Assembly: GCF_018350175.1 (NCBI RefSeq)
Contig: NC_058368.1
Location: 180,236,001 to 180,300,000, forward strand
Reading direction: 5' to 3'
DNA length: 64,000 nucleotides
Source: Felis catus
Lineage: Eukaryota
Below are positions 1 to 10,900 of this stretch, in pieces. A program made the translations under genes and the position numbers. How positions within the stretch are numbered: the first letter of the stretch is position 1; each line of letters starts with the position of its first letter. The notes under the pieces were generated by a model. That model did not search any database. It was given only the letters and a program-made list of their open reading frames with translations, and had not been told where the DNA came from.

Positions 1-1009
1 CTTTTAAGGAGGGTAGAGACTCCTTTTTATTTGAGGAAGAAAGATTTTGGGGTTTATGAAAAATACTCATTTCCATTTTAAAGTAGTGCTCTTATTAAAG
101 TGATACTTAATATTTTTGTTCGTTTTAATTAAACTGCCCCCCTCATGGAGCTCAGACTCACAACTCTGAGGGTCACATGTTCTACTGGCTGAGCCAGCCA
201 GGCGCCCCTAAGTGATCCTTAAATTAGTATTTTATATCTATGGTGGCTAAAAATCTACCTCTATTGTGATGCTCTATGCCAGAGAATTACAGGGAAGTAT
301 TACCTACTGCAGTCAATTCTAAAAGAAATTAAGTCTGGTTAACTAAATTCCAGCAGTGACCAGGAATAGAGTCTGTTAGAAATTGAGGTGAAACTGAGGA
401 ACAAAGGTTTTGATTTTAGGGGTTAGAGAGACATTTCATTTTATCAGCATATCCAAAAGAATAACGGAACCAAGTAAATTACTGGCATTAACATATTGAC
501 CAGACTGACAAAAATTTTCTCACCATATTCATTTCTGGGTCACATTAAATGCTTATGTATCACAGTGAATTGATTTCAGCCTTGTCAGACCAAGTAAATA
601 GACCTTTCACTAAATCATTTCCTGGAAACCATTTAGAGTTACAAATTTTCTCCTTTTAATTCATATAGTAATTTTTAACATTTAAACTGTTTTTTCACAC
701 ACATAAAAGCATTTATTTTTTGGCAATTACAAAGTGTAAGGAATTGGTAAAGATAATAGAAGATATAAAATATCTCTTCCATCCTCATGATGCTTCCACC
801 AAGTGATTATCTTTCCCTTTGGTTTATTTCATCTGACAAATTTGGTTTTGCTAGGCATTTTTCTTACCTTCATTATGTTGATATTTCAGCACTTGGCATT
901 AGCAATATGTTCTTTCTTTGTGTTTGTTGAATATATGAATACTCTTATTTTTACTCTGGAAGAAGAATACAGTGTATAAATGTAACTTACCCAGTTTTAT
1001 TTTCTTTAG

Positions 1010-1186
1010 CCTTGGAGGAGGTACCTTTCTGGGTTTATGCTGTCTGTTGACTGGCTGTGAAAGTTTTGAAGAGGCTCTTGAAATGGCATCCAAAGGTGAC
1101 AGCACCCAAGCCGACAAGCTGGTCCGTGATATTTATGGAGGAGATTATGAAAGATTTCGTCTGCCAGGTTGGGCTGTAGCATCTAG
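1010..1186 (+). CDS. PANK3: Pantothenate kinase 3, internal coding exon (fourth from last), 177 bp
   Basis: tttctttag|C acceptor and AG|gtaa donor; encodes [58 protein letters not shown], matching the PANK3 C-terminal half; phase joins the next exon. Confidence 0.97.
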
Positions 1187-1816
1187 GTAACTTTAATATT
1201 TATGTTGTAATGAAAGTTGCCTATTTAGTTTTTAGAAAGCAATATATTAGGAAGTTGTAAGGAGGCTTACTTACTCTTAACCCAGTTTAGGTTCCAAGTT
1301 TTGAACATTCATGTAGTTTAAAAATTAGATACACATTAAGAAGTCTCCCAGGTATATACCCTATAGGAAACCATTTTTATTCTTGTGCATCCTTTTGGTT
1401 TTTCTTGATGCAAATGTAAATACATATCCTTATCCTCCCCTTACTTAGAAGGTAACTTTCAGAAGGTAATATTTGTATACTACCATACAGCATATTGTCA
1501 AGATACCCCAGTCTATCTGCTGGCCTCCCACCCTACCTTCATTTCTCTCTCTTTCTCACCTTCTTTTCTCCCCCTTCCCTTTTTCTCTCCCTCTCCCCCC
1601 CCTTATTAACAGCTTCTTGGTATTTTATTGTGTGGGTTTATCGAAGTTTGTTGGATGTTTTGGTGGTTACCAGTATTTTGCTGTGTATAGCTCAATGGGT
1701 CAGTCAGTAACCTTGTTAACATGCATTATTTTGTACATACCATATTTATCTGTAAGATAAATTCCCAAAAATGTTGATTATCAGCAGAATTGATTTTGTC
1801 TTTCATTTCTTTGCAG

Positions 1817-1940
1817 TTTTGGGAATATGATTTATAAGGAGAAGCGAGAATCTGTTAGTAAAGAAGATCTAGCAAGAGCAACTTTAGTTACTATCACCAA
1901 TAACATTGGGTCTGTGGCACGAATGTGTGCTGTTAATGAG
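1817..1940 (+). CDS. PANK3: Pantothenate kinase 3 coding exon, 124 bp
   Basis: ttgcag|T acceptor, GAG|gtaa donor; encodes [41 protein letters not shown]. Confidence 0.97.
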
Positions 1941-2367
1941 GTAAAAAAATTAACTATATGGAAAATGTGGATTGAAATTTTATTTATGTACAGCAGGGCT
2001 TCTTTATGTTCCTTAAGGAGGTCTCTAGGATTGAGGTTACTCATCTCTGTTAAATCCCAAGGCTCATTAGCTAAATGTCATGTGTCCCCACTTATTGTTA
2101 TTTGTAAAGAAAATAGCAGATAATTCAAATTGGAAGGAGGACAAATAGATACTTATATTTCAAATTTATCTAGAAGCTTTTCCAGAAATATACCACCTAA
2201 ATCTCTTGAAGATAGAAAATTCTTTTTTCAAACATAGGACATTTTTGAGGTAACTACTGAAAGAGGGTTTGGTTTTGTTTTTTGGATTTTTTGGTTGGTT
2301 TTTTGGTTTTTTTTTTTTTTTTGCTGTTAATGTTGCATTTGATTAGCAAAGTGCTTGGAAGTTTTCT

Positions 2368-2445
2368 TATTGCCTTTGGCTTCTTTACAGTGCTGCCTTG
2401 TTGCATATGGATCAAGCAGCATTGTACAGGGCTATGAAGGCATTG
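2368..2445 (+). ncRNA. MIR103A1: pre-miR-103-1 hairpin; mature miR-103-3p AGCAGCAUUGUACAGGGCUAUGA at 2415-2437
   Basis: Exact mature miR-103 sequence; 5' arm GGCTTCTTTACAGTGCTGCCTTG, loop TTGCATATGGAT; lies sense in a PANK3 intron, the known host location. Confidence 0.98.
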
Positions 2446-2654
2446 AGACTTGTTCTTCACATGCAATTTGAATGATACATACTTATGAAAAAGCATAGAT
2501 TTACCTCGTAGATTTGCCTCACTGTTGGGTTATTTTTATATGAAGGAGAGTAAATACACAGTTCTGCCTTCATGTAATAGATGTATTTGCCCATTTAATT
2601 TTTGTAAATATCAAATACTTTAAATGAATTGGAAATTTTGCTTTTTGAGGGAAT

Positions 2655-2960
2655 CCTTCATTTGTTCATTCATTTATTCATTGTGGAGTACCTTGTACCA
2701 GGTATTTTTCTAGGCACTAGGGATATATTAGTGAAAAAAACAAAGACCCCTGACTTTGTGGAGCTTCCATCTATTCTAGTGATAGAGTAAATTTTTTAGT
2801 ATATATTAGATAATAAATGCTACTTTTTACAAAAAGAAAACCAAACAAGATAAAGAGAATGGCAGAAGACAGATTGCTGAGTAGTTTGCTTGTTAAAGGA
2901 AGGCTTTATTGAAAATGTGACCCTTGGATAAATATTTAGAGGAGGTAAGATAATCATGCA
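2655..2960 (-). mobile_element. L2 LINE 3' fragment
   Basis: ttcattcatttattcatt tail followed by ccaggta..ttctaggcactagggat..gacccctgac..tggagctt, typical of an antisense L2 end. Confidence 0.6.
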
Positions 2961-3539
2961 TATTATTCTGTGTTAAAATCCAGAGTTCTAAGTGTCTCAA
3001 TAACAGTTTAGTAAGTTGGTGGAAAGAGCCACTAACAGGTGTTTTGACCCAGGTTTGGGGAATATTTCACTTTTGGGGGCAGACAATATTCTGGGACCTT
3101 TTTTCTTAGCCCTGTAGATCTATCTAGATTTTCACTGGCCACTTAATAGTAATTAAGGCCATAGCTTACACTATCCAAACTCAGTGTGCAAAAATGTATA
3201 CTCAGAAGTCAATATATTGTGAGAATAGAAAACATTTTGGAGATTGAAACACTAGTTCCTCCATCTAAGATTCCCTTCAAGGTATCTAGGGAACTAAATT
3301 AGTGAGTTGCATCTTAGCAGAGCGTAACTTGATGGGTTAGGCAGGGCCGGAGATGCTGGAAGCCTCAAGTTTACAGTGTTGTAATTTTAAACACATTTAA
3401 AATACTCTTCCTTGGTTTCTCTCCTTTAATCTCAATATTTCTCCAAATTACTTTCTTAATAGGTTATTTATTGGCCATTTTCAAAAACAAGTCTCATCTA
3501 AAATCATTTACTAGGGTCTTTCGAGAACTTTTCTTTTTT

Positions 3540-3710
3540 AAAATAGACTATATTTTTTAGACAAGTTTTAACTTCACAACAAAATTGAGTGGAAAATACA
3601 GAGTTCCCACATATACTCTTGAACCCCACTATCACCCAAAGCCCATAGTTTACATTTTGGCTTACTCTTGGTATATATTCTATGGATTGTGACAAATGTG
3701 TAGTGATATA
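3540..3710 (-). mobile_element. Old L1 (L1MC/MD-like) 3'UTR fragment
   Basis: aaatagactatattttttag..ttcacaacaaaattgagtggaaaatacagagttccc; homologous to 50037-50275. Confidence 0.65.
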
Positions 3711-3891
3711 TCCTGAACTAAATTTTAAATATTCAGGATTATGGAGGTATATGTACCAGGAATGTAATAGACACTAAAAAAAGGTAGTGGCTAATTATAT
3801 TTTTAAGTGGAGATTTTCTAAACCCTACTGTATTATAAAATGTACTTGATAGCTCTTATTTCAGGTCATTTTATTTGTTCTTTTCTTTTAG

Positions 3892-4017
3892 AAAATAAAC
3901 AGAGTTGTCTTTGTCGGAAACTTTTTACGTGTCAATACTCTCTCAATGAAACTTTTGGCATATGCACTGGATTATTGGTCAAAAGGTCAACTGAAAGCAT
4001 TGTTTCTAGAACATGAG
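3892..4017 (+). CDS. PANK3: Pantothenate kinase 3 penultimate exon, 126 bp
   Basis: ttttag|AAA acceptor, GAG|gtat donor; encodes [42 protein letters not shown]. Confidence 0.97.
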
Positions 4018-4879
4018 GTATGATAGGAAAATGATGTTTTGTGAATTTTAATAGTATGCTTTTTTTATATGCAAGTTTTATGTATTGTTTCTTGCTGTGT
4101 ACTTAGAAGTATAAAACTGCGATTTACTAAATAGTATATTGAGTCCCACACTTCAGTTTGAATTGGGGAGATAGGGGTTACTATAACCCCCATAAAGGTT
4201 ACATGGCCCATTAATGCAGGCACCCCATTAAGATGGAGTTTCCCACTCCTTCTGACCAAGAGAGAGCGGCATTAGATCTTATAAACTCCTTAAATATTGG
4301 GATTGCTTGTGTACTTAGTGGATTTGTTTTGTTAAATTGTTTTCTTTTGTTTTTTTTTTCCTCCCTTGAAATAACAAATATTAAATGTGAACAACACAAA
4401 AATACATAATTTAGCAGTGAAAATTTTTAAAATTCTTAATCCTCCCATCACAACCTCACCCCCACCTCCAGAGGTGACCACTGTTAAAATTTTGGAGTTT
4501 ATTCAAGATTTTTTTCCTATTCTTTCACTACATCCATTTATTCTGATCTGAAAATATCAGTTCATGTAATATTTTGGGTTAAGTAAATTTACCTTGAATT
4601 ATTTTGTTTCTGGTCAAGTGGACATATTAATAATTTTAATAACACATATTCAGAGTTTTCCCTTATAAGTGTCTGTTTCATTGTCCCTGCTCTCACCCTG
4701 TAGTTGAGAATGGTGTCCTGCTGTGCAGGCCCCGCATGGCATGCTGTATGCTGTGAGGATGACACATGAACAAAAGGAATTGCGTTTGAGGAAAAGGGAC
4801 AAGAGGGGTACAGACTTGCAGCAATAACCTTAGAAGCTTTTTAATGTCTAAGAGCAATACTTTAAAAATAGGTATTTCA

Positions 4880-5057
4880 GGGGTACCTGGGTGGCTCAGT
4901 TGGTTAAGCATCTGCCTCTTGATTATGGCTCAGATCATGATCTCACCATCATGAGATCAAGCCCCAGTCAGGGGCGTGGAGCCTGCTTAAAATTCTCTGT
5001 CTCTGTTCTTTCCCCATGCGCGCTCGCTCTCGCGCTCTCTCGCTCTCTCTCTCAAAA
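4880..5057 (+). mobile_element. Can-SINE (tRNA-derived)
   Basis: ggggtacctgggtggctcagttggttaag head, CT-rich tail. Confidence 0.9.
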
Positions 5058-5219
5058 GCACGTATTTCATATTTTCAGATATTAACTGATAACACAAATT
5101 GGTAGATTTCCAAATAGATGTTCTTAAATAGATTATAATAAATATCTGTTCCTAATAATGAATATTGTATGCTAATTTAAAAGCTAGACTGCATTAATAA
5201 TTGTTTTTAAATTATACAG

Positions 5220-5270
5220 GGATACTTTGGAGCAGTTGGTGCACTTCTTGGGCTGCCAAATTTCAGCTAA
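5220..5270 (+). CDS. PANK3: Pantothenate kinase 3 last coding exon with stop
   Basis: tacag|GGA acceptor; GYFGAVGALLGLPNFS-TAA, the PANK3 C-terminus. Confidence 0.97.
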   Translation, partial: GYFGAVGALLGLPNFS

Positions 5271-7058
5271 AAAGCATCCGGTTTCTCTCTGCTAATAAAT
5301 GTCATCCAAGAGGAACTGAAAACCAGAGGCATCATTACTGGGAACCAAAGGATAACAGAGTAGCACTACTGCTGTTGATTTTTAAATGTCAGAATGGTAA
5401 GCTGCTGAAAGTTGCCATATTAAAAGAGAGCTTGGTAACATGTGAAGTATTTCTAATTGAAATGCTTTCCCTTCTGTATATAACCAGTGTTAAATCCTTA
5501 AATGCAATACAGCCTCTGATTCTTGAGCTTCCTCTGAGAAGATTTTCTATTTATTTTATGTAGCCAACATTGCAGTACTGTATGCTCAAACACAAATCTT
5601 AAAGTCTCAGAAATGTTTAGCTCCTGAAAATAATTGAATCTGAATAAGTGTGTTCTATGTGTTTTGGTTACTAGTAAGTGGACAGTAACATACTCTGTAT
5701 CAAACTTATTGAAATGGCTATCAAAGATGATCATTTTTATGTGATTTTAGAAATGTTAAGGCAATATTAATTTTTCATTATTGTAGTTTTGTCAGCATTT
5801 CCCCCGGCCAAAAAAGCACGTTTATGTGATCTTTTCCCAGACATACAAGCTTTTTCAAATGGTATAATTTAATTAGAATACTATTGTTAAATATTAGCCT
5901 GAATTTTAAAATGAATCCTAGAAAATGCACATAATTGGTGATATTGCACTTCCTGTATTTTTTAAGTTAATCATTACATTTAAAAATGTTTCATATTTTT
6001 TAATTGGAGGCTCAATTACTGATTTGAAAGTCCATTTAATGAAGTCCCAGGACTCTTCTAGTAGAATATGTTTTGCGTGCATTGATAGAAGTCTGTGATC
6101 TTTCTGTACCACATTTATCTTGGGCCCAAACTGAGTCATTTCTGTTTAATTAGGTCTGACCATCAAAACTACAGACTTTAATCTATTATGAACAGCAACC
6201 AAATCATATTCTAAACAGATGTGATGGAAATCTGAAATATGAATGGTTTTGAAACTGTAGGAGTCTGAGGCAGTATTACAGAATTCTAAAAAGATCAGTG
6301 TTTTACCATTTTGGTAATAGAGGCATTATAGTTTCAAAATTTGTAAGTCCTTTTGCCTTGGAATTTGTTCTCTATTTTGAAGTCATTTTTTATAATGTTA
6401 CAAATCTTTCCAGATTTTTACTTTGGCAGCAACATTTTGGAGGTCCTGTAGTTCAGCGAATACTCAAGACCGTTACTTAATGATTTACAAAGTAGACTTG
6501 GAGAAAATATTCACCTCCTTAAATTACCAGTAAATCTGGATGTACTTGGAAGAGTTTAAAAATTGTGTATATTACAGGAAGAAAGAAGTATTAGTATGTT
6601 TTTATAGAACATAATTTTGCTCCATAAAGAACAATTTGCAGTAGAGGTGCTGGACATTTCTCCTTATAGTTTTCAAATTTTGTGCTCAAATATTTAAAAT
6701 TCAGTTTTATTTATCTAAAGACATGAACATATGAACAATAGGAGTGAATACTTACAGGAAAAAGCATGCAAGGTAATGTTTTGGAATTTAGAATATTTGG
6801 AACTTGGCATTCATGTTCAGTCAGTAAGCCACTCTGAAACCCGACAGTGACTAAACATCTGTGACTTTACTGTTTCCGTTGTTGTGGTTAGATCTTTCTG
6901 TCACTACAAAAAGCTACATGTTCAGTTTATTTTAAAATTTTGTGATTTGGACATTTGTACAAAAAGTTTTTATTTTTAAATGATAATTTCACATTGTATC
7001 TTGTGGCAAACTACGTTACCAGCTGTAGATTTAGGACTGTGTTTAAGAAAGAAATGGA

Positions 7059-7218
7059 GGGCTGCCTTGCTGGCTTAGTCGGTTGAGTGTCTGACTCTTG
7101 GTTTCAGCTCAGGTCATGTTCTCACAGTTTGTGATTTTGAACCCTGTGTCAGGTTATGCACTGCTAGCATAGAGCCTGCTTGGGATTTTCTCTCTGCCCT
7201 CCACCACTCACGTATTCA

Positions 7219-7260
<42 letters not shown>

Positions 7261-7290
7261 AAATAAATAAAAACTTAAAAAAAGAAAGAA
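7059..7290 (+). mobile_element. Can-SINE inside the putative PANK3 3'UTR
   Basis: SINE head, (CT)n, aaataaataaaa tail, aagaaa(a)tgga-like TSD. Confidence 0.9.
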
Positions 7291-7607
7291 AAGAAAATGG
7301 AATGGTCAGGGTCCATGTAAGTTAATTTGATCAATGCTCTGGTTAATCTGAGAAGGTGGTTCATACTTTGTGTCCTTTGAAACTGAAATTTCCTATTAAA
7401 ATGCATATAAAGTGAACAACCCTTTCAGCACTGTTACTCTTGGCCATTCTCATGTATAGTCAAGAATTAACGTGAGTAATAAGAATGAACACAGAGTTGT
7501 GATCCAGACTGCCAAGATTATGTTTTTTTAAACATAATCTCATGAAATTCTTTGTAAGCATACAGTGGTAAATAGGTTTGGTTCTAAGCCCAAACAGCAT
7601 AATGCCT

Positions 7608-7817
7608 CAGAGCTCTATTTCTATTAGGCTATACTGTTTAAGAACATAAAAGTGTGAGCAGTATGTAATGTTATATTTTCTAGCAGGCATATTTAAAAAG
7701 TGAAAAGAAACAGGTGAAAATCATTTTGATTATATATTTCTTCTTGACCCAGTATATCTGGTATGTTACTATTTCAACGTATAATCAATATAAAATGTTA
7801 TTTAGGAGATACTGTAC

Positions 7818-7850
<33 letters not shown>

Positions 7851-7971
7851 TTACTTTGCCTTCAAAACCAGTGTGTATTTACACTTAATAGCACATGTCA
7901 GTTTAGGCTAACCACATTCCAGGTTCTCAGTAGCCACATTTGAGTAGTAGCTACTGTACTAGACAGTTCAG
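7608..7971. mobile_element. MER33-like hAT-Charlie DNA transposon
   Basis: aaaaagtgaaaagaaacaggtgaaa..tgtgtatttacacttaatagcacat..tagccacatttgagtagtagctactgtactagacag resembles MER33/MER3. Confidence 0.65.
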
Positions 7972-10900
7972 TTCCAGAACCAGCTCTTAAAAATGACCAC
8001 TATCAAGTATCCATGAAAATTTTATGGATAAGGGCTTTTAAAAGAATACTTGAGAAGGGGATATGGGAAATGTTATTTTTTATGGGAAAAATATGGAACT
8101 TTTTAAAAAAAAATACAGATTAAGAAGTACCTTGTTTGGGCTAGTTTATTTTACAAAGACAAGCTGTATTTCTGACTGTTCCAAAAAATAGCTTACATTG
8201 GATCCTGCCATTTCATTATACTGTGTATCATTTTTCCAGTGATACACTGGATAAAGTTGCTCAAGACCCATCCTGACTGGCCTCAACAGTCTCCAAAATG
8301 TCTTTCCTTCACTGAAGCAAATTTGAGGATTCCATTGACGTAAATCCCCTTCCCACCCCCAACCTCATCTACTTGAATTTAGAGAAGACAATTTTAAAGG
8401 ACAAAAAAGAGACCCTTTTAATTCTTCATTGAGTTGTATATACATGAGAGAATTTTCTTTATAACTTTTGGATTTAATTTTCATTCTTAAAAACTGATAA
8501 TATTTTCAGATGCAAAGAGCACTACCAGTTTGGGGGCTTGGTAAAGAACACAAGGTCTAGAACTTTCCACCACCAACCCCCTTGTCCCCCCAAAAAAGAT
8601 TGCCTTTTAACTAGAGACTCTTAGAACTAATGGCCTTCAGTTCTATAACCAGTTTCTCCATAGACCTAGTATGAGACTTGCTTGACTGTCAACAGGGGTA
8701 TTTATTCCTTGTTCGGCTGCTCTAATTTAAATAGGTGGGCTCTTAGTTTAAATAAATGGCCATTGCCAATAACATATACACGGCAATTGATGGTCTTTCA
8801 AAAGGTTCAGATTCCTTTGCCAAATATTAGACTCTGTAAAATTCCTGAGTTTTTACTTTTACATGCAAATGTGATTACTGTATTCTAAGTACCAGTTCCT
8901 GAAAGTCCGTTTCTATAAGAAAAATGATGCAGCTGAAGGGAAAGGTTTTCCTCTATGTCCTGTGGGACTCTTACCTTTGAGAGCAGTCTTGCCTTGATTT
9001 CTAAGGTTGCATTCTTGGGTGGAAAGCTTATTAGCAAGTTAATAGTTCCCAGATATCCTTTATGACCACTTTGCGTGTTATATGCAAAAATTTTATATTT
9101 TGTTTGGTGTATCTTTTTTTTTCTGTTGAGCACTTTATGCTTTTTAGTCTATTGCATTTGAGAATGTAGTTTAGAAATCCTTTCTTATTTAAAGCCATGT
9201 AAAAACTGTTAAATGATAATCACCAGAAAAAATGAGTGTGCATTATTTTGCATTTAACTTACTGGTTTGTGGTATGTATAAACAAAATATTAGAAATATA
9301 TTGCCTTTTTGTAATCCTCTTTGACCTTATTTAAGATGATTTGCCAAGAAATATCATTGATGTCCTGTTTTCCTAGTAAGTTTATTTTAGTGTGTTTTAT
9401 TCTAATACTGAAGGAATTCAGCCAACTTTGTTTATATTGTCAGATAACCTCAGAAAATAATGTGCTTTATCTGTATTACTGCCTATTTTCAATATCTGAG
9501 ACAGTAGTTGTCTTATATTTTCTACTGAGCCTAGTAATAATCAGCAAAGACCAAAAGAAGTAATTTTTTTCTTCCTTTAAGGTATTTTTAATAGCCTGAT
9601 AAAAATAATGGTGGCTTGAAAAGTAAATTACCCCAGCTTTTTGACCATATCTAAATTCTGAGTAATTTCCACTTCTAAAAAGTTCAGATGTCTTCTAAAA
9701 GCAGTCTCTATTGCTTGTGTTATCTCTTGTGTATTCAGTGGATGTGGGGATCATGATTTGGTATTACATTGGAAATAGTGCCAGCCACTCTTCCAAATTC
9801 TTTGAATATTATTTTCTTTCATTGTAAAATGAGGAAATTGATTTGTTACAATGGGAAAGGACACTGTTCTCATCAAGATCCTGAAAGACAGTTGGTTGCT
9901 CCATTCATGGCAGCATTTGGAGACTAAACTCATTTGTTTAGATATTTGGTGTCAATGTTTTGGAGTTAATTTGATTTGTATATGTTGATAGGTACTAGAT
10001 TCTGGATTCTCACCAAACCAATAGAATGATATTAGGTTTCTCTCATAATGTTATGTTATTGCCTGTAATGGCCAAGTAGATCTATCTTAAAGTAATATAA
10101 GAGGTTTTATATATATATACATATATATTAAAACTGTATGTGTGTGCTTTAATCTGTGGAAGTATCAGAAATTTTTATTGAGTTAACTCTAAAATTATGT
10201 GGACATTATTAGAACTTTTCCGTTGTACAAAAAGAAACATCCCACTAAATTCATGAATGTATGAATATTAGATATATTTGAGATTCTTTAGTGGCCATTG
10301 TCTTCAAGTTCTTTCTTTCTGGTCATTGTGAGTAGGAACAGATGTGAGATTAACCCCTCCAAGAATTACTTACTGCTTTTGTCAAACACAGTTTGTAGCA
10401 AAATGTATAAAACAGTTTTAATTACCTCCAGGTGAGTTAAAATGTCATGTATTCTAGTCATCTACATCCAATATGATGAAGGCCTAAAACACTTTTATCC
10501 TTAGAATTATCTGAGGATAATCAAATTGTACATGTGTGTGACAAAATAATGTAGCAGTGAGTTGATCTGGGACTTCAAGTACATGAGTTCGTGCTGAATG
10601 ATGTGTTTGAGGGGAATTTTTCCCCCCTTAAAAAAAATCTAGAAATCTTTACATTCTGGCTTTTTGTATAGTAAAGAGATTATTTTTCTTTTGTATTGTT
10701 AGTCATTTTGCTGCAGCAGCCACTAATTCTGTGTTTAAAAGAACTAAGGTGGAATGTATTTTTCAAAGGAGTGAATGAAGTTAAAATTCAAGGTTTTGAA
10801 TTATATAAAATATGCAACTAAATTTCAATTCTGAGATATTGCGGTTTTTTTGGGTTTTGTTTTGTTTTGGTTTTTTTTTGCTATTTCTTAACATCTTTCA

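Noticed and set aside
972..2123. ORF-track proteins at 972-1190 and 1827-2123 as standalone genes
   Set aside because: They are PANK3 exons read through into introns; the splice sites define the real boundaries.
4174..4190. GGGGTTA-cta-TAACCCC hairpin
   Set aside because: A 7-bp stem is expected by chance in 64 kb.
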